Source: Squalus acanthias (Eukaryota). From it: a stretch of DNA of 64,000 nucleotides. Shown here one piece after another: positions 23,270 to 36,175 of the stretch (the stretch's first letter is position 1; each line of letters starts with the position of its first letter). The notes under the pieces were generated by a model. The model was given only the letters and a program-made list of their open reading frames with translations. It made no database searches and was not told where the DNA came from. The stretch lies in assembly GCA_030390025.1 (NCBI GenBank), contig CM059432.1, forward strand, positions 136,588,001 through 136,652,000, given 5' to 3'. A program made the position numbers and the translations under genes.

Positions 23270-23706
23270 GAAAGAAAGACTTGGATTTCTATAGCGCCTT
23301 TCACAACCTTAGGACGTCCCAAAGTGCTTACCACCAATTAAGTGTAGTCACTGTTGTAATGTAGGAAACGTGGCAGCCAATTTGCACACAGCAAGATCCC
23401 ACAAACAGCAATGTGATAATGACCAGATAATCTGTTTTTGTGATGTTGATTGAAGGATAAATATCTTCCAGGACACTGGGGAGAACACCCCTGTTCTTCT
23501 TCAAATAGTGCCGTGAGATCTTTTGCAACCACATGAGAGGTTTAACATCTCATCCAAAAGATGGCACCTTCGACAGTGCAGCACTCCCTCCGTACTGCAT
23601 TGAAGTGTCAGCCTAGATTTTGTGCTCAAGTCTCTGGAGTGGGGCTTGCACCCACAACTTTCTGGCTTAGAGGCGAGAGTGCTACCCACTAAGCCACGGC
23701 TCACAG
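23270..23706 (-). mobile_element. SacSINE1-like DeuSINE
   Basis: Head-Deu-tail structure; aaagaaagactt tail. Confidence 0.88.
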
Positions 23707-25792
23707 TGTGGGGATGGAGTTCATGAAGTTAAGCCCCCAGGGAATGAACTCGGCGGGATAGTCACCGGAAGCAGGGAATGAGGCTGTTGGGAGTGCTACT
23801 CCGGAAGAGGCGGAGAAGAGAAGCCGTGGCGGGCGGGGAATAGGATACCAAGAGTGGGGTAGAGGGAGGCCATGGCTTACCAGGAAAAGACTACAGCCTT
23901 GGATGGTAGCAGAAGAAATGAGCAGCTGGGGAATAGGACTGAATGGGTTGGGAGGTTGAAGGGGACGTGTTATTATTAAAAGAAAAGAAAGACGGTCAAG
24001 GGGTGAAGTGCGACAGAGGCAAGGGAAGGTGGGAGAGGAAAGGAGTGAAGGAGAGCTGGGAGGTGACCTAGTGGTGGGTAGGGGAGAGGTCTCAGAGTTT
24101 GGGCTGCATCCAACATATGCACATAGTTATAAACAGGGGAAAGACTTCAATTACATAAACACGAGGTGGAGTAAAGAAGTCTATAGTGGAGGTAACCAGT
24201 GCAGTGCTTGGCCCAGGGAAACAGGTTGCAGTCGAGAGTCTGTGAGGAGGACAATGGAGTCCAGGGACCGTGAGGAAGATCAGGGTGCTTCAGAATCTTT
24301 GAGGAGAGTTCGAAAGTCAGTGAAGAGATTGAAGCAGTCTGGGATCTGTGAGAAAGGTTGCAGAATTATGCGTGTGTGAAGACGGTTAGAGATGCCCAGG
24401 ATCTTTCATTCGGGTGTAGGGACCACCAGGTGGTTTAATAGCAGAACAGAGCCTTGGAAGCAGAGGAATAATAATGGCAAGGTGAATCCCAATGGAGGGA
24501 ATTAACTCTTGATGTAAACAAAATCTTTTATTTCTGGCACCTTCTTTTTGCCCTAAAGAGAGTCTGGCCAATAGACTTGTGACAGGAGGTATTGTCTAAG
24601 AGAAGCCAAAAAAAACCCTACCTGTGGAAATATGTGTACAATTTTTTTTATTTGCTGTCCAATGAAAACAAGCAAAACTAAGCCATAACAAAAAGTCACC
24701 TTTCAGCTCATGCAAAATTCTCATTCAGCCAAATTTTTGATTTAGTATCATTCTCCTTACAGGGGAAGATTGATCAATTTTGGAGTCAAATTTGGGTCAG
24801 GTTTGTGTCCCGGACTCCTGTCCTTAAAGGATTAAATTAAGTCCACAAGAACTCAATTCACTTGTGACCCTTAATAGCCATCAATGCACCAGCACTTCTA
24901 TTAGCAGTAATGCTACACCAATCTGAAACCAATTTAGATTGCAGTGTCAGTAAAACCCATATTAAATTTATGAAGGTTTCTGAACCATTAGAGCTTATGA
25001 GTGTAGAGTGTAAATGCTCGCAATGACTCATACCTTCTTCATCTGTGCTATTTTGGAATTAACCATCCTTAATTGAGGCAATGCATCATGGATTTCAATA
25101 ACTCCATGCTAAACACATGTATCATTTAATTTTAATTATTGCAAAGAATGCAGACTAATTAATAAATTGAATTTTCATGTAACATAATTACAGCAATTCC
25201 AAGTGCTTAAAGACAATGTTTTGCAATGCAATATTGTATTATTTAGAGACAGGCAGGCAGAAACATAAAGGAACTTCAAGCTTTCTGAGAGTTCATACAC
25301 GTTGTGCTTTCATTATTTCTAGCTGTCTTTCAATGCATTTGAAATACAGAGTGCGTCTCAAGGTTAAGTGTATTTGGGTTGTGTAGGTTGAGAGGGTATC
25401 ACAATGTAGAAAGGACAAAATGCCTTCCATTCACAAGAAAGGATATTATTCATGTTATGAGCAACTTTCTTTCCCAGATCTGTTCCTTAGGCTTATTTGA
25501 TTTTAGTGTTAGGTTTTAACATGGGGAGTTGCTGAGCTAGCTAAGGACAGATAGTAGGGCTGCCTACATTTTAAGGTTCAGCATTTGCTATTTTTTCTCT
25601 ACAAAATATCTATTAACGTAGACAACATAAGACTGTAAATGCAACACAATTTGCTGTCACATCCCAGTGAAACATGACATCAATAAGCATTGCACCAGTT
25701 TACAGTGGTGCTTTTTAAATCTTTGTTTTTGCACCAGCACAAAGTGTTTAGTACTGGCTACCAGTTTAAGTAATCCTGCTGTGCTACAAATA

Positions 25793-26250
25793 AAAAAGAA
25801 AGACTTGCATTTATATAGCGTCTTTCATGACCTCAGGACATCCCAATGTGCTTTACAGCTAATTAAGTACCTTTGAAGGGTAGTCACTGTTGTAATGTAG
25901 GAAATCTGGCAGACAATTTGGGCACAGCATGATCCCCCACACAGCAATGTGATAATGACCAGATAATTTGTTTTTAGTGATGTTGATTGAGGGATAAATA
26001 TTGGCCAGGACACCGGGGAGAACTCCGCTGTTCTTCTTTGAAATAGTGGCATGGGATCGTTTATGTCCACCTGAGTAGGGCAGACTGGGCCTTGGTTTAA
26101 CGTCTCATTTGAAAGACGGCACCTCTGACAGTGCAGCTCTCCCTCAGCACTGCACTGGAGTGTCAGCCTAGATTTTTGCGCTCAAGTCTCTGGAGTGGGA
26201 CTTGAACCCACAACCTTCTGACTCAGAGATGAGAGTGACACCCACTGAGC
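25793..26250 (-). mobile_element. SacSINE1-like DeuSINE
   Basis: Near full length; gggacttgaaccc B-box and Deu core. Confidence 0.9.
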
Positions 26251-26364
26251 ATTCAATTCAGTAGTATTGGGGCAATACTTGTGAGGGACTGTATCAACAA
26301 CTTTTTTTTTGCCATTTCAGGTACCAAAAGCTATACATGGGGATTGTAATGAAAGGCCCCACCT

Positions 26365-26472
26365 TCAATGTTAACTTATCTTTTCTCTGTCAGAAGTGAC
26401 CTATCTGCTGTGCATTTCTAGCACCTTGTGGTTTGTATTTCAGATTTCTAGCATTTGGGCTTTTCCTTTTTA
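26365..26472 (+). mobile_element. Old Penelope-like terminus fragment
   Basis: gacctatctgctgtgcatttctagcacc..gtatttcagatttctagcatt resembles the pLTR end. Confidence 0.55.
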
Positions 26473-26595
26473 TCTATTCATTGCATAATGTCATTAAAAC
26501 CTGGTTTTAAGTAGTGCCACCAAGGCACAATATCACAATTGTTTTCTCAAATATCTTGTTGGAATCAAACTCAATCCACACATTGTCACTTACTG

Positions 26596-26786
26596 TACTG
26601 CCTGAAAGGGCGGTGGAAGCAGATTCAATAGTAAATTTCAAAAGGGAAGTGGATATATACTTGAAGAGGAAAAATCTGCAGGGCTATGGGGAGAGAGCAG
26701 GGGAGTGGGGCTAATTGGAAAGCTCTTTCAAAGAGCCGGCACAACCATGATGGGCCGAATGGTCTCCTTCTGTGGTGTATGATCTA
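26596..26786 (+). mobile_element. CR1 LINE 3' end
   Basis: LPERAVEADSIVNFKRE; atgggccgaatggtctccttctg. Confidence 0.85.
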
Positions 26787-29289
26787 TTAAAATTAAAAAT
26801 GAATTGGAAATGATTTGGCAGACTAGGCAGAAAGCCCAATTACCACATACAATCACAGTAGCTTTGCCAATGTGAGACTTTGGATTCCACCATCGAATAA
26901 TTTTCCCATGACTTTTGAGCCACCCCATGCAGTGATAGTAAAGCTAATTAAAAAAAAAATCAGTTTTGTGTGATGTTGCAAGTTCATTGTAAAGTTAGTC
27001 CAGATTTAGCAATGATGCGTCTGTAATAAAATAGCATTCAGTATCATTTTTAATAGCTGTAAGCTTTTGAAAAATCCCTACCGTCATTTTTTTGGTCATA
27101 AATTATAGCAGTCGTTAGCAGCAATCAGTTATGCTTTGACCTTACTCTGAAATTGTTCTTTAATTTTTCAGTCCTAATATGTCGATTGCCTCTTGTAGTT
27201 GGGTGGTTTGTTCATTGACAGTGAATAACGATGGAGGGTCTTAAAAAATAACCTTAATGATTATGGCAACAACAAAAAATGAAGAATCAGATTCGGGTAG
27301 TTAAACATATGAGTAAAAAAAGCCGTGGACAAATGCAGCAACAATTTCTAGGATTCTTTTTTCCAGATGATCATCTTTGCTGTCACTTGCTTTGCTTTAA
27401 CTGTTCAACATTACCCTACACAACCAACAATAACTTACACTTACATAACATCTTCCGCATAACAAATACACCAAGGTGCTTTAAATGAACACACTTAGTG
27501 GCATATATTATCTCCCAAAGCTATTTGCTATAAACTTCCATCGGTGAATATTATAACTCAGAATTGCAGAAAGGTACAGCCAAAAAACGGCATCACTCCA
27601 CAGATCAATAAAGCACCATATCGCAATCTTCCTGTTTTCGGTGCAGAGAGCGTGGCTCCAGTCCTCGAAGAGTTAAAGGTTTTGAGTGTTGCTCTGTTAC
27701 TTTTGGTGCTGCTGTCTTTCCTTCTCTTCTTTGATCCTTTTTTTTTTTGGTTCTCTCAGTCCCTAACAGCTTCGCCATCACTGTCACATAAACCCACCAT
27801 TTGTATCATGCAGTGCACTAAAGGCCACAATTCATTTCAGTCAAGGTTCAAAGCCATCATGAAATAATCACAAAATGACACTGTGAAATTACTGTAAAAA
27901 AAAAAAAAATAGTGAGTCTGTGTCATGACATTTTGCAGTGGAGGCCTCGACTACTCATAGCTCTATCAAGAACTATAAAACAACAACAAAAAAAAAATTG
28001 TTTTGACAGACACAGCAGCTGGAGATGTGCGAGTTAAGATTGTATAAAACCAGCCATGTAGAAAGTTATCGGATGTTCCAGTTTGTGCCCCCATGAAATT
28101 GGCACAAATCATCGAGTTGGCTTCAGGAAGATGTTTAAGAGGTACATGAAAAAGTAAACGAGGAGGCAATGGCCATTCAGTGACTTAACCTCTGTCATCG
28201 GGTGACTCCAGTGTCAGCCAGGAATCAAATAAAGATGAATGAGCTTATCACAGTGTGTCCGCCAGGATCGTTGGGCCCGATTCCATCAGAAAGAGAGTAA
28301 CTGTTCATATAGAAAGATTAATGGAGCATCCACCCAGCCCCTTTACAAATAATAACATAGAGTGGCATACAAATAGAATTCAGGGCACGACAAAATGGAG
28401 TTGTTACATACAAAATAAGAAAAGGAAAAAAAAAACAGACCACGAGAAATCCTAAGGGTAAAAGCACAGAATGAATAACATGCAAGTTGCTTGAATAAAC
28501 TTGCCCTCGTGCTATTTTGCAACTGCAGATTCTGATGAGGTAATGATGATTTGACTATTTAGCAATTAGGGGGAAAAAAAACCACAAATTTAAGGTAATG
28601 ACGGCCTTTTACCCATCTCTTCACTGACTTCCCTGATGTGTGGCATTGCTTATTGGCAGGTTTATCTGTTCACTTGCTGCGCACCTAACATTTGGTTTCG
28701 GAAAGTCTAATCTTGATGGGAATTACTGGACGAGATGGCACGCTGGAAATACAAGAGCATCGTATTAACACGGGATGAAAAGAAATGACATTATCCATTC
28801 AAAAAAAAAAAAATCTGCAGGCAGTAATACTCAGGCATATCAAATAATAGCTCACATTTAGATCAAGCATTTATAAAGGCAAGGTTCCAGCTATAGCATC
28901 CATACGGTGTGGGAGTTAGCACTTCAACGCACTATCCCATAGAGTGGCTGGACATATTGGTTTTCTGTGCTAATGGGCTCCCAATCACAGTAATTGATAG
29001 TAGTGAGGGGCAGTGACATCTGCCCACTGGATTGGAAGAGAAATCATGTCAGTGACGCTCAGACCATTCTCGTGAACCTCCGAACAGCTGTTTGAGGATA
29101 ACACTGATGGGGTTGAGCCCATCTTTCCTCTTTGCCAAAGGCGACGTCTGGTTCGGGGAGGCCTTGAAAGGAGAAAATAGAGGAAGGTTTGCCCTTAAAT
29201 GTAAAGAAAAGAAAATTATAATTTAGGAAGCAGACAGTAAAAATACGACTAAGGTATCTCCTTTGTTCGCCAAGCATTCATAAAGTCAG

Positions 29290-29524
29290 AAGCAAAATAC
29301 TGCGGATGCTGGAAATCTGAAATAGAAACAGAAAATGCTAGAATATATTCAGCAGGTCAGACAGCATCTGTGAAGAGAGAAAAACAGAGTTAACGTTACA
29401 GGTCATTGACCTTTCATCAGAACAGTTCTGACGAAAGGTCAACATCCTGAAACGTTAACTCTGGTTTTTCTCTCTCAGATGCTGTCTGACCTGCTGAATA
29501 TATTCTAGCATTTTCTGTTTATAT
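29290..29524. mobile_element. Palindromic non-coding Penelope-derived element with two back-to-back hammerhead motifs
   Basis: 13-bp TSD ttcataaagtcag (29277-29289, 29525-29537); inverted arms centred near 29423; plus strand AGUU-CUGACGA..GAAACGUU-AACU, minus strand CUGAUGA..GUAA. Confidence 0.88.
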
Positions 29525-30098
29525 TTCATAAAGTCAGGATTATTTCACCAACATCTCCACACATGACTGCAATCGGTTGTGAGCAGTACATCTAGTACCA
29601 TTAATCGGGGCAGAGGCAAAAGTTAGAGTGAGTCAATCATTATTTTTCATTAACTGACCAGTGTTTAAAGAATATCCACCTTTAACTGACTCTGGCATCC
29701 TACACTTAATGTTCCTACACAAATGCAGTGAGGCTCAATGATGATCGCTTTCAATTAAATCCTCCACAGAATAATGCATTTCTCCAGCTCATCGTGTTTT
29801 GTTTTTACTGTTTTGGCCCCTTCTTGCATGTGAAGATTTACAGTATGGAAAATAATCCAAGTGCTATTTCATAAATTTAGTCCTAGATATTCATCTATAT
29901 TAAGATGATTATTGATCTGATGGCTTACAAAGAAAAACTTGCACTATTCTCATCAAGATACCAGATCACGCAGTTCACTATTCCATTCAAATAGTGGGGC
30001 TATCGTCAACTATACAGAATCAAATCTCCATGTAAAGCATAGCATAGATAACATAGGTAATATAAATAATGAGTGATAAGTGTATAGGCGAAAACATT

Positions 30099-30236
30099 GA
30101 GGGCAATTTTCAACTTTGCTGTCTGGCCAGTAACCTGACCGAGTGCATCGTCCACCCAGTGTAGGACCTGGCCAAGGGGGGTGGAGATCCGCCCCGCCAA
30201 ATTACTGCCCAAGCAGCGAAGGTGAAAAGCATTCCC
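30099..30236. mobile_element. Small MITE
   Basis: Imperfect TIRs gggcaattttcaactttgct / agcgaaggtgaaaagcattccc around a GC-rich core. Confidence 0.55.
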
Positions 30237-30957
30237 ATTGTCTCAAGGCTCATACAATGGGCATCATCTCCTTAGGCGTTAAAGAGATTTAAGGTGGTTT
30301 GTGATGTGATATGTGAAACATCTGATTACGCAGCAACCTGCGATTGTTCCATCATATGTATTCACTGGTTCTATGTATGAAGCTCATTGTGTGGAAACAG
30401 AGGAATCAAGGTACACCAGCTTTATCTCATTTTCTATGAATATGTAAAAGGGGGCTGATCTACTTGAGTACTTAGGATATAATCCACCCACCCCCTGCCC
30501 CAGTAGGCCAATTGGAGTGTTGAGCACTTTAAGGAGTGCTATCCCCATTCCCAGCACTGGGGGCAGCATGGAGCTAAAATGATGCTGTTCTAGCACTGAA
30601 TAATGGGCAAAATCATGTATCAGAGATGTTCAAAGTCATCATGAATTTGTGTTACATATGCAAACAAAATATCCAGACCTTCTAAAAGTCACTAATTAGG
30701 TTAAACAATTGCTCATTTTGTATAAAAATGCAGCCTGCTCTGTTGTACGCCACACAGCTCCATACCCTCGAAATTATACAGTGCACTACGGTTATACAGA
30801 TGTTTAGCACATGTGTCTCGAATTCTTTTGTCTGCTATTTTAACTTTTATCTCTTAACATAGGAGAACAGAAGAATATGATACAAGTATCGAAAGCAGGG
30901 TTCTGAGCATAAAAAGCCTGAATAATTGGAAAATGTCTTTTGTTTGGATGGGCAAAC

Positions 30958-31226
30958 AATTGGCAAAAAAACCAGAGGGGAGATGAGGAGAATTTTTTTT
31001 AATACAGCGAGTTGTTATGATCTGGAATGCACTGCCTGAAAGGGCAGTGGAAACAGATTCAATAGTAACTTTCAAAAGGGAATTGGATAAATACTTGAAA
31101 AGGAAAAATTTGCAGGGCTTATGGGGAAAGAGCAAGGGAGTGGGACTAATTGGATAGATCTTTCAAAGAGCCGACACAGGTACGATGGGACGAATGGCCT
31201 CTTTCTGTGCTGTATCATTCTATGAT
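30958..31226 (+). mobile_element. CR1 LINE 3' end
   Basis: cagcgagttgttatgatctggaatgcactgcctgaaaggg; same subfamily as 13050-13390. Confidence 0.85.
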
Positions 31227-31382
31227 ATTAAGTATTTGCAAATTAATATCATATAGTGTAATTTTTACATTTAAATGGCTTTGTAATTTGCATAAGAACA
31301 TAAGAAATAGGAGCAGGGAGTAGGCCATTCGGCCCCTCCAGCCTGCTCCGCCATTCAATAAGATCCTGGCTGATCTTCTACC

Positions 31383-34300
31383 TCATCTCCACTTTCCTGC
31401 ACTATCCCCATATCCCTTGATTTCTTTAATATCTAAAAATCTATCGATCTCTGTCTTGAATATACTCAACGACTGAGTCTCCACAGCCCTCTGGGATAGA
31501 GAATTCCAAAGATTCACCACCCTCTGAGTGAAGAAATTTCTCCTCATCTCAGTCCTAAATGGCCGACCCCTTATTCTGAAATTGTGACCCCTGGTTCTAA
31601 ACTCCCCAGTCAGGGGAAACATCCTCCCTGCATCTACCCTGTCAAGCCCTGTAAGAATCTTGTATGTTTCAATGAGATCACCTCTCATTCTTCTAAACTC
31701 TAGAGAATATAGGCCTAGACTACTCAATCTGTTCTCATAGGACAATCCCCCCATCCCAGGAACCAGTCTAGTGAACCTTCGTTGCACTCCCTCTATGGCA
31801 AGTATATCCATCCTTAGGTAAGGAGACTAAAACTGTACACAATACCCTAAGGTGTGGTCTCACCAGGGCCCTATATAATTGCAGTAAGACGTCTTTACTC
31901 TTATACTCAAATCCTCTTGTAATAAAGGCCAACATACCATTTGCTTTCCTAATTGCTTGCTGTACCTGCATGTTAACTTTCAGTGATTTGTGTACAAGGA
32001 CACCCAGGTCCCTCTGAACACCAACATTTCCCAATCTCTCACCATTTAAAAAATACTCTGCTTTTCTATTTTTCCTATCAAAGTGGATAACATCACATTT
32101 CTCTACATTATATTCCATTTACCATGTTCTTGCCCACTCACTTAGCTTGTCTACATCCCCTTGAAGCCTCTTTGCATCCTGCTCACAACTTACATTCCCA
32201 CCTAGCTTTGTATCATCAGCAAACTTGGATATATTACATTTGGTCCCCTCATCCAAATCATTGATATAGATTGTGAATAGCTGAGGCCCAAGCACTGATC
32301 CTTGCGGTACCCCACTAGTTACAGCCTGCCAACCTGAAAATGACCCGTTTATTCCTACTCTCTGTTTTCTGTCTGTTAACCAATCCTCAATCCATGCTAG
32401 TATATTACCCCCAATCCCATGAGCCCTAATTTTGTTTAATAACCTCATGTGTGGCACCCTATCGAATGCCTTCTGAAAATCCAAATACGTCACATCCACT
32501 GGTTCCCCCTTATCTATTCTGCTAGTTACAACCTTAAAAAACTCTAACAGATTTGTCAAACATGATTTCCCTTTCATAAATCCGTGTTGACTCTGCCCAA
32601 ACCTATTATTATTTTCGAAGTGTCCTGTTACCACGTCCTTAATAATAGATTTGAGCATTTTCCCTACTGCTGATGTCAGGCTAACTGGTCTGTAGTTTCC
32701 CATTTTCTCTTTCCCTCCTTTCTTAAATAGTGCGGTTACATTTTCTACCTTCCAATCCATGGGAACTGTTCTAGAATCTATGAAATTTTGGAAGATGACA
32801 ACCAATGCATCCACTATCTCTAAAGCCCCCTCTTTTAAAACCCTAGGATGCAGGCCATCAGGTCCAGGAGATTTATCAGCTTTCAGTCCCGTTAATTTAT
32901 CCAGCACTATTTTTTTTAACTAATACTAATTTCTTTCAGTTCCTCATTCTCACTAGAGCCTTGGTTCTCCACTATTTCCGGGAGGTGTTTTGCATCTTCT
33001 TCTGTGAAGACAGACACAAAGGCCGGAATTTTGCCGGTCCTCAGAGCTGCGGGATTGGCGGCGGACCACTGTCAAAATCGTAAAGATTGACAGCGGGCAG
33101 GAAACCCACTGTCAACCCTGCCTCCAATCAATCTTCCCAAGTGTCGGGTCCCCGATTTGCGCATGGACCCGACACCTAGCGGCGGGAAGAGGATTATAGC
33201 CACTTACCTGGCTGTTAATAGGTACTTGATACTTGTTAACAGGCTTTTTTTCAATTTTGCCGCTTCTGCCTCGGGTTTCCCGACATCCGAAACACCACGC
33301 CAGGTAAGTGTGGCGTGTTGTGAGTCTGCTGTAATGTTTCTGCATTGATGACAGCTGCATAAGTGGTGTGAAGGATCTAATGGTGCACTGGTGAGTTTCA
33401 GAGGTAAGAAAATGTTGGGAAATCATTTTTAATGTATTTACACTTTTCTGTAGGTAACAAGTTTTGAATTGGCTGTCTAGTCCCACCTCATTGGGAGAAC
33501 CTCTCTCACCAGTGACAGATCACTTCTGTAACCTCACCTGCAGCTGCCATCTGTTCTAGCCTATGGAGGGAGTCATTGGAGAGCCTGGGTGCAAGAGCTC
33601 ACCTTTGTACAGTGATTGTCATTGTTTGCAGCACCTCAATGCTGTCAAACACTGAGAAATGTGCTGTCAAAGAAAAGTTGTATGTGGTCCCTTTAAGAAA
33701 ACCGGCAGATGACGCGTCATCAAATGACGTCATCTGAACGGCTTCCTCTTAATTGGCCGGCAAGCCCGCACGGGCGGGCTTAACAAGGCCAATCAACGTA
33801 AAATCATGTCAGTGGGCCAGATGCAGTTGGGGGCGGGACTGGAACCCGGAAACCAGCTGACCCACTCCCAAGCCGCATCCATTTGCAAAATCGCGGCCAT
33901 AGTATTTGTTTACTTTCTCTGCCATTTCCTTATTCCCCATTATAATTTCTCCTGTCTCAGCCTGTAAGGGACCCACATTTACTTTCGCTAATCTTTTCCT
34001 TTTTACATACCTATAGAAGCTTTTACAGTCTGTTTTTATGTCTCTCGCTAATTTACTCTCATTCTATTTTCCCTTTCTATGTCAATTTTTTGGTCCTCTT
34101 TTGCTGAATTCTAAAATCCTCCCAATCCTCAGGCTTACTACTCTTTTTGGCAACTTTATAAGCTCTTCCTTTATTCTAATACTATCTTTAATTTCTCTTG
34201 TTAGCCACGGTTGGACCACTTTTCCTGTGGTGATTTTATTCCTTAAGGGAATGTATATTCACTGTGAATTATGAATTATTTCTTAAAATGTTTGCCATTG

Positions 34301-35252
34301 CTTTTCTACAGTCATATCTTTTAATCTAGTTTCCCAACCTACCTTAGCCAACTTGCCTCTCATACCTATGCAATTTGCTTTGTTCAGGTTTAGGACCCTA
34401 GTTTCGGACTTAACTAAATCACTCTCAAATTCAACATAAAATTCTATCATATTATGATCACTACTCCCCAGAGGCTCCTTTCCTACAAGGTTATTAATTA
34501 ACCCTGTCTCATTGCACAGTACTACATCTAAAATAGCCAATTCCTCATAGGTTCCTTGACATACTGATCTACAAAACTATCTTGAATGCATTCCAGAAAA
34601 TCTTCCTCTGCACTATTTCTGCAAATTTGGTTTGCCTAGTCTATTTGAAAGTTAAAGTCCCCCATGATTACTGTATTACCCTTGTTACATGCAGCTCTAA
34701 TTTCCTGATTTATCCTCTGCCTGACACTACCACTGTTAGGGGGCCTATAGACTACTCCCACTAATGTTTTCTGCCCCTTGTTGTTTCTTAGCTCCACCCA
34801 AACTGATTCTACATTTTGTTTTTCTGAGCCAAGATCCTTCTCTCTACTGTCTTTATTCCCCCCTTTACTATCAGGGCTACCCCTCCTCCTTTTCCATTCT
34901 GCCTGTCTCTTCTAAAAGTCGACTATCCTGGAACATTTAGTTCCCAACCTTGGTCACTCTGCAAGCACGTCTCTGTAATGGCTATTAAATCAAACCCATT
35001 TATTTCCATCTGCACTATTAATTCATCTGTTTTGTTGTGAATGCTTCGTATATTCAGATATAATACCTTTAGCTTTAACTTTTTTCTATTTTCCCCTGAT
35101 GTCACTTTAGTCACTAATGCCCTATTACCTCTATTAATCTTTCTGTCCCTTCCTGACCCACTCTGCTTATCTTTACCCAGATCACTACTCTTGACATTTC
35201 TCTTATTGCTTTTGAATTTACCCTTTCCTGAATCCTCCCACCTCCACTTCAT
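31383..35252 (-). pseudogene. CR1 ORF2 (AP endonuclease + reverse transcriptase), disrupted
   Basis: LYLNIRSI, DLIAITET, LDVVL..LGSSDHNMI; KSPGPDGLHP, NYRPVSLTS, QHGF, YLDFQKAFD, SGVPQGSVLGP, FADDTKL. Confidence 0.92.
33021..33898. mobile_element. Non-autonomous PIF/Harbinger-type element inserted in CR1 ORF2
   Basis: TIRs GGCCGGAATTTTGC / GCAAAATCGCGGCC; imperfect 3-bp TSD aaa/ata; removing it restores gacacaaagtatttg, matching the sister CR1 near 45680. Confidence 0.82.
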
Positions 35253-36175
35253 TAGTTTAAAGCCCTATCTACCACCCTAGTTATTCGATTCGCCAGGACA
35301 CTGGTCTCAGCCCGGTTTAAGTGGAGCCCGTCTCCACAGAACAGCTCCCTCTTTCCCCAGTACTGGTGCCAGGGCCCCATGAACTGAACCCCTTCCTCCC
35401 ACAGCACTCTGAGCCACGCATTTAAACCTCTAATCTGTTTGTCCCTATGCCAATTTGTGCATGGCTCAGGTAACAATCCAGAGATTATTACCTGTGAGGT
35501 TCTGCGGTTTAATTTCGACCCTAGCTCCGCAAATTCTCTCAGCAGAACCTCATTCCTAGTTCTACCTATGTCGTTGGTTCCTACATGGACCGCGACAACT
35601 GGATCCTCCCCCTCCCAGTCCAAGTTCTTCTCCAGCCGTGAGGAGACATCCTTAACCCTGGCACCGGGTAGACAACACAAACTTCGGAACTCCCGGTCGC
35701 GGCTGCAGAGAACAGTATCTATCCCCCTGACTATACTGCCCCCTACCACTACCACATTCCTTTACACTCCCCCCACTTGAATGGCCTCCTGTACTACGGT
35801 GCCATGGTCAGTTTGCTCACCCACCCTGCAGTCCTTGTTCTCATCCCCACAGGTAGCAAGTATCTCATACCTGTTGGTCAAAGTCAAGGGCCGAGGCTCC
35901 TCCATCACTACACCCTGGGTCCCTATACCTTCCTGACTCGCAGTCATACCTTCCTGTCCCTGACCATTGACAAACTCTAAAATACTACTTAACCTCAGGG
36001 TTGTGACTGCCTCCTGGAACAAAGTGTCCAGGTAACTCTCCTCCTCCCTGATGCCCCGCAATGTCTGCACCTCGTACTCCAGCTCAACAACTCTGAGCCG
36101 AAGTTCCTCGAGCTGCAGACACTTACCGCAGATGTGGTTGCTCGGGATCTCGCTGGTCTCCACAAACTCCCACAT
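35252..36175 (-). pseudogene. CR1 ORF1: zinc finger/leucine zipper + SGNH-type esterase, frameshifted
   Basis: CGKCLQLEELRLRVVELE; VVVGGSIVRG, CLPGARV, VHVGTND, DGLHLN. Confidence 0.88.

Noticed and set aside
27544..27867. 107-aa ORF with a hydrophobic stretch
   Set aside because: GTG start, hydrophobicity comes from a pyrimidine/poly-T run, and there is no domain similarity.
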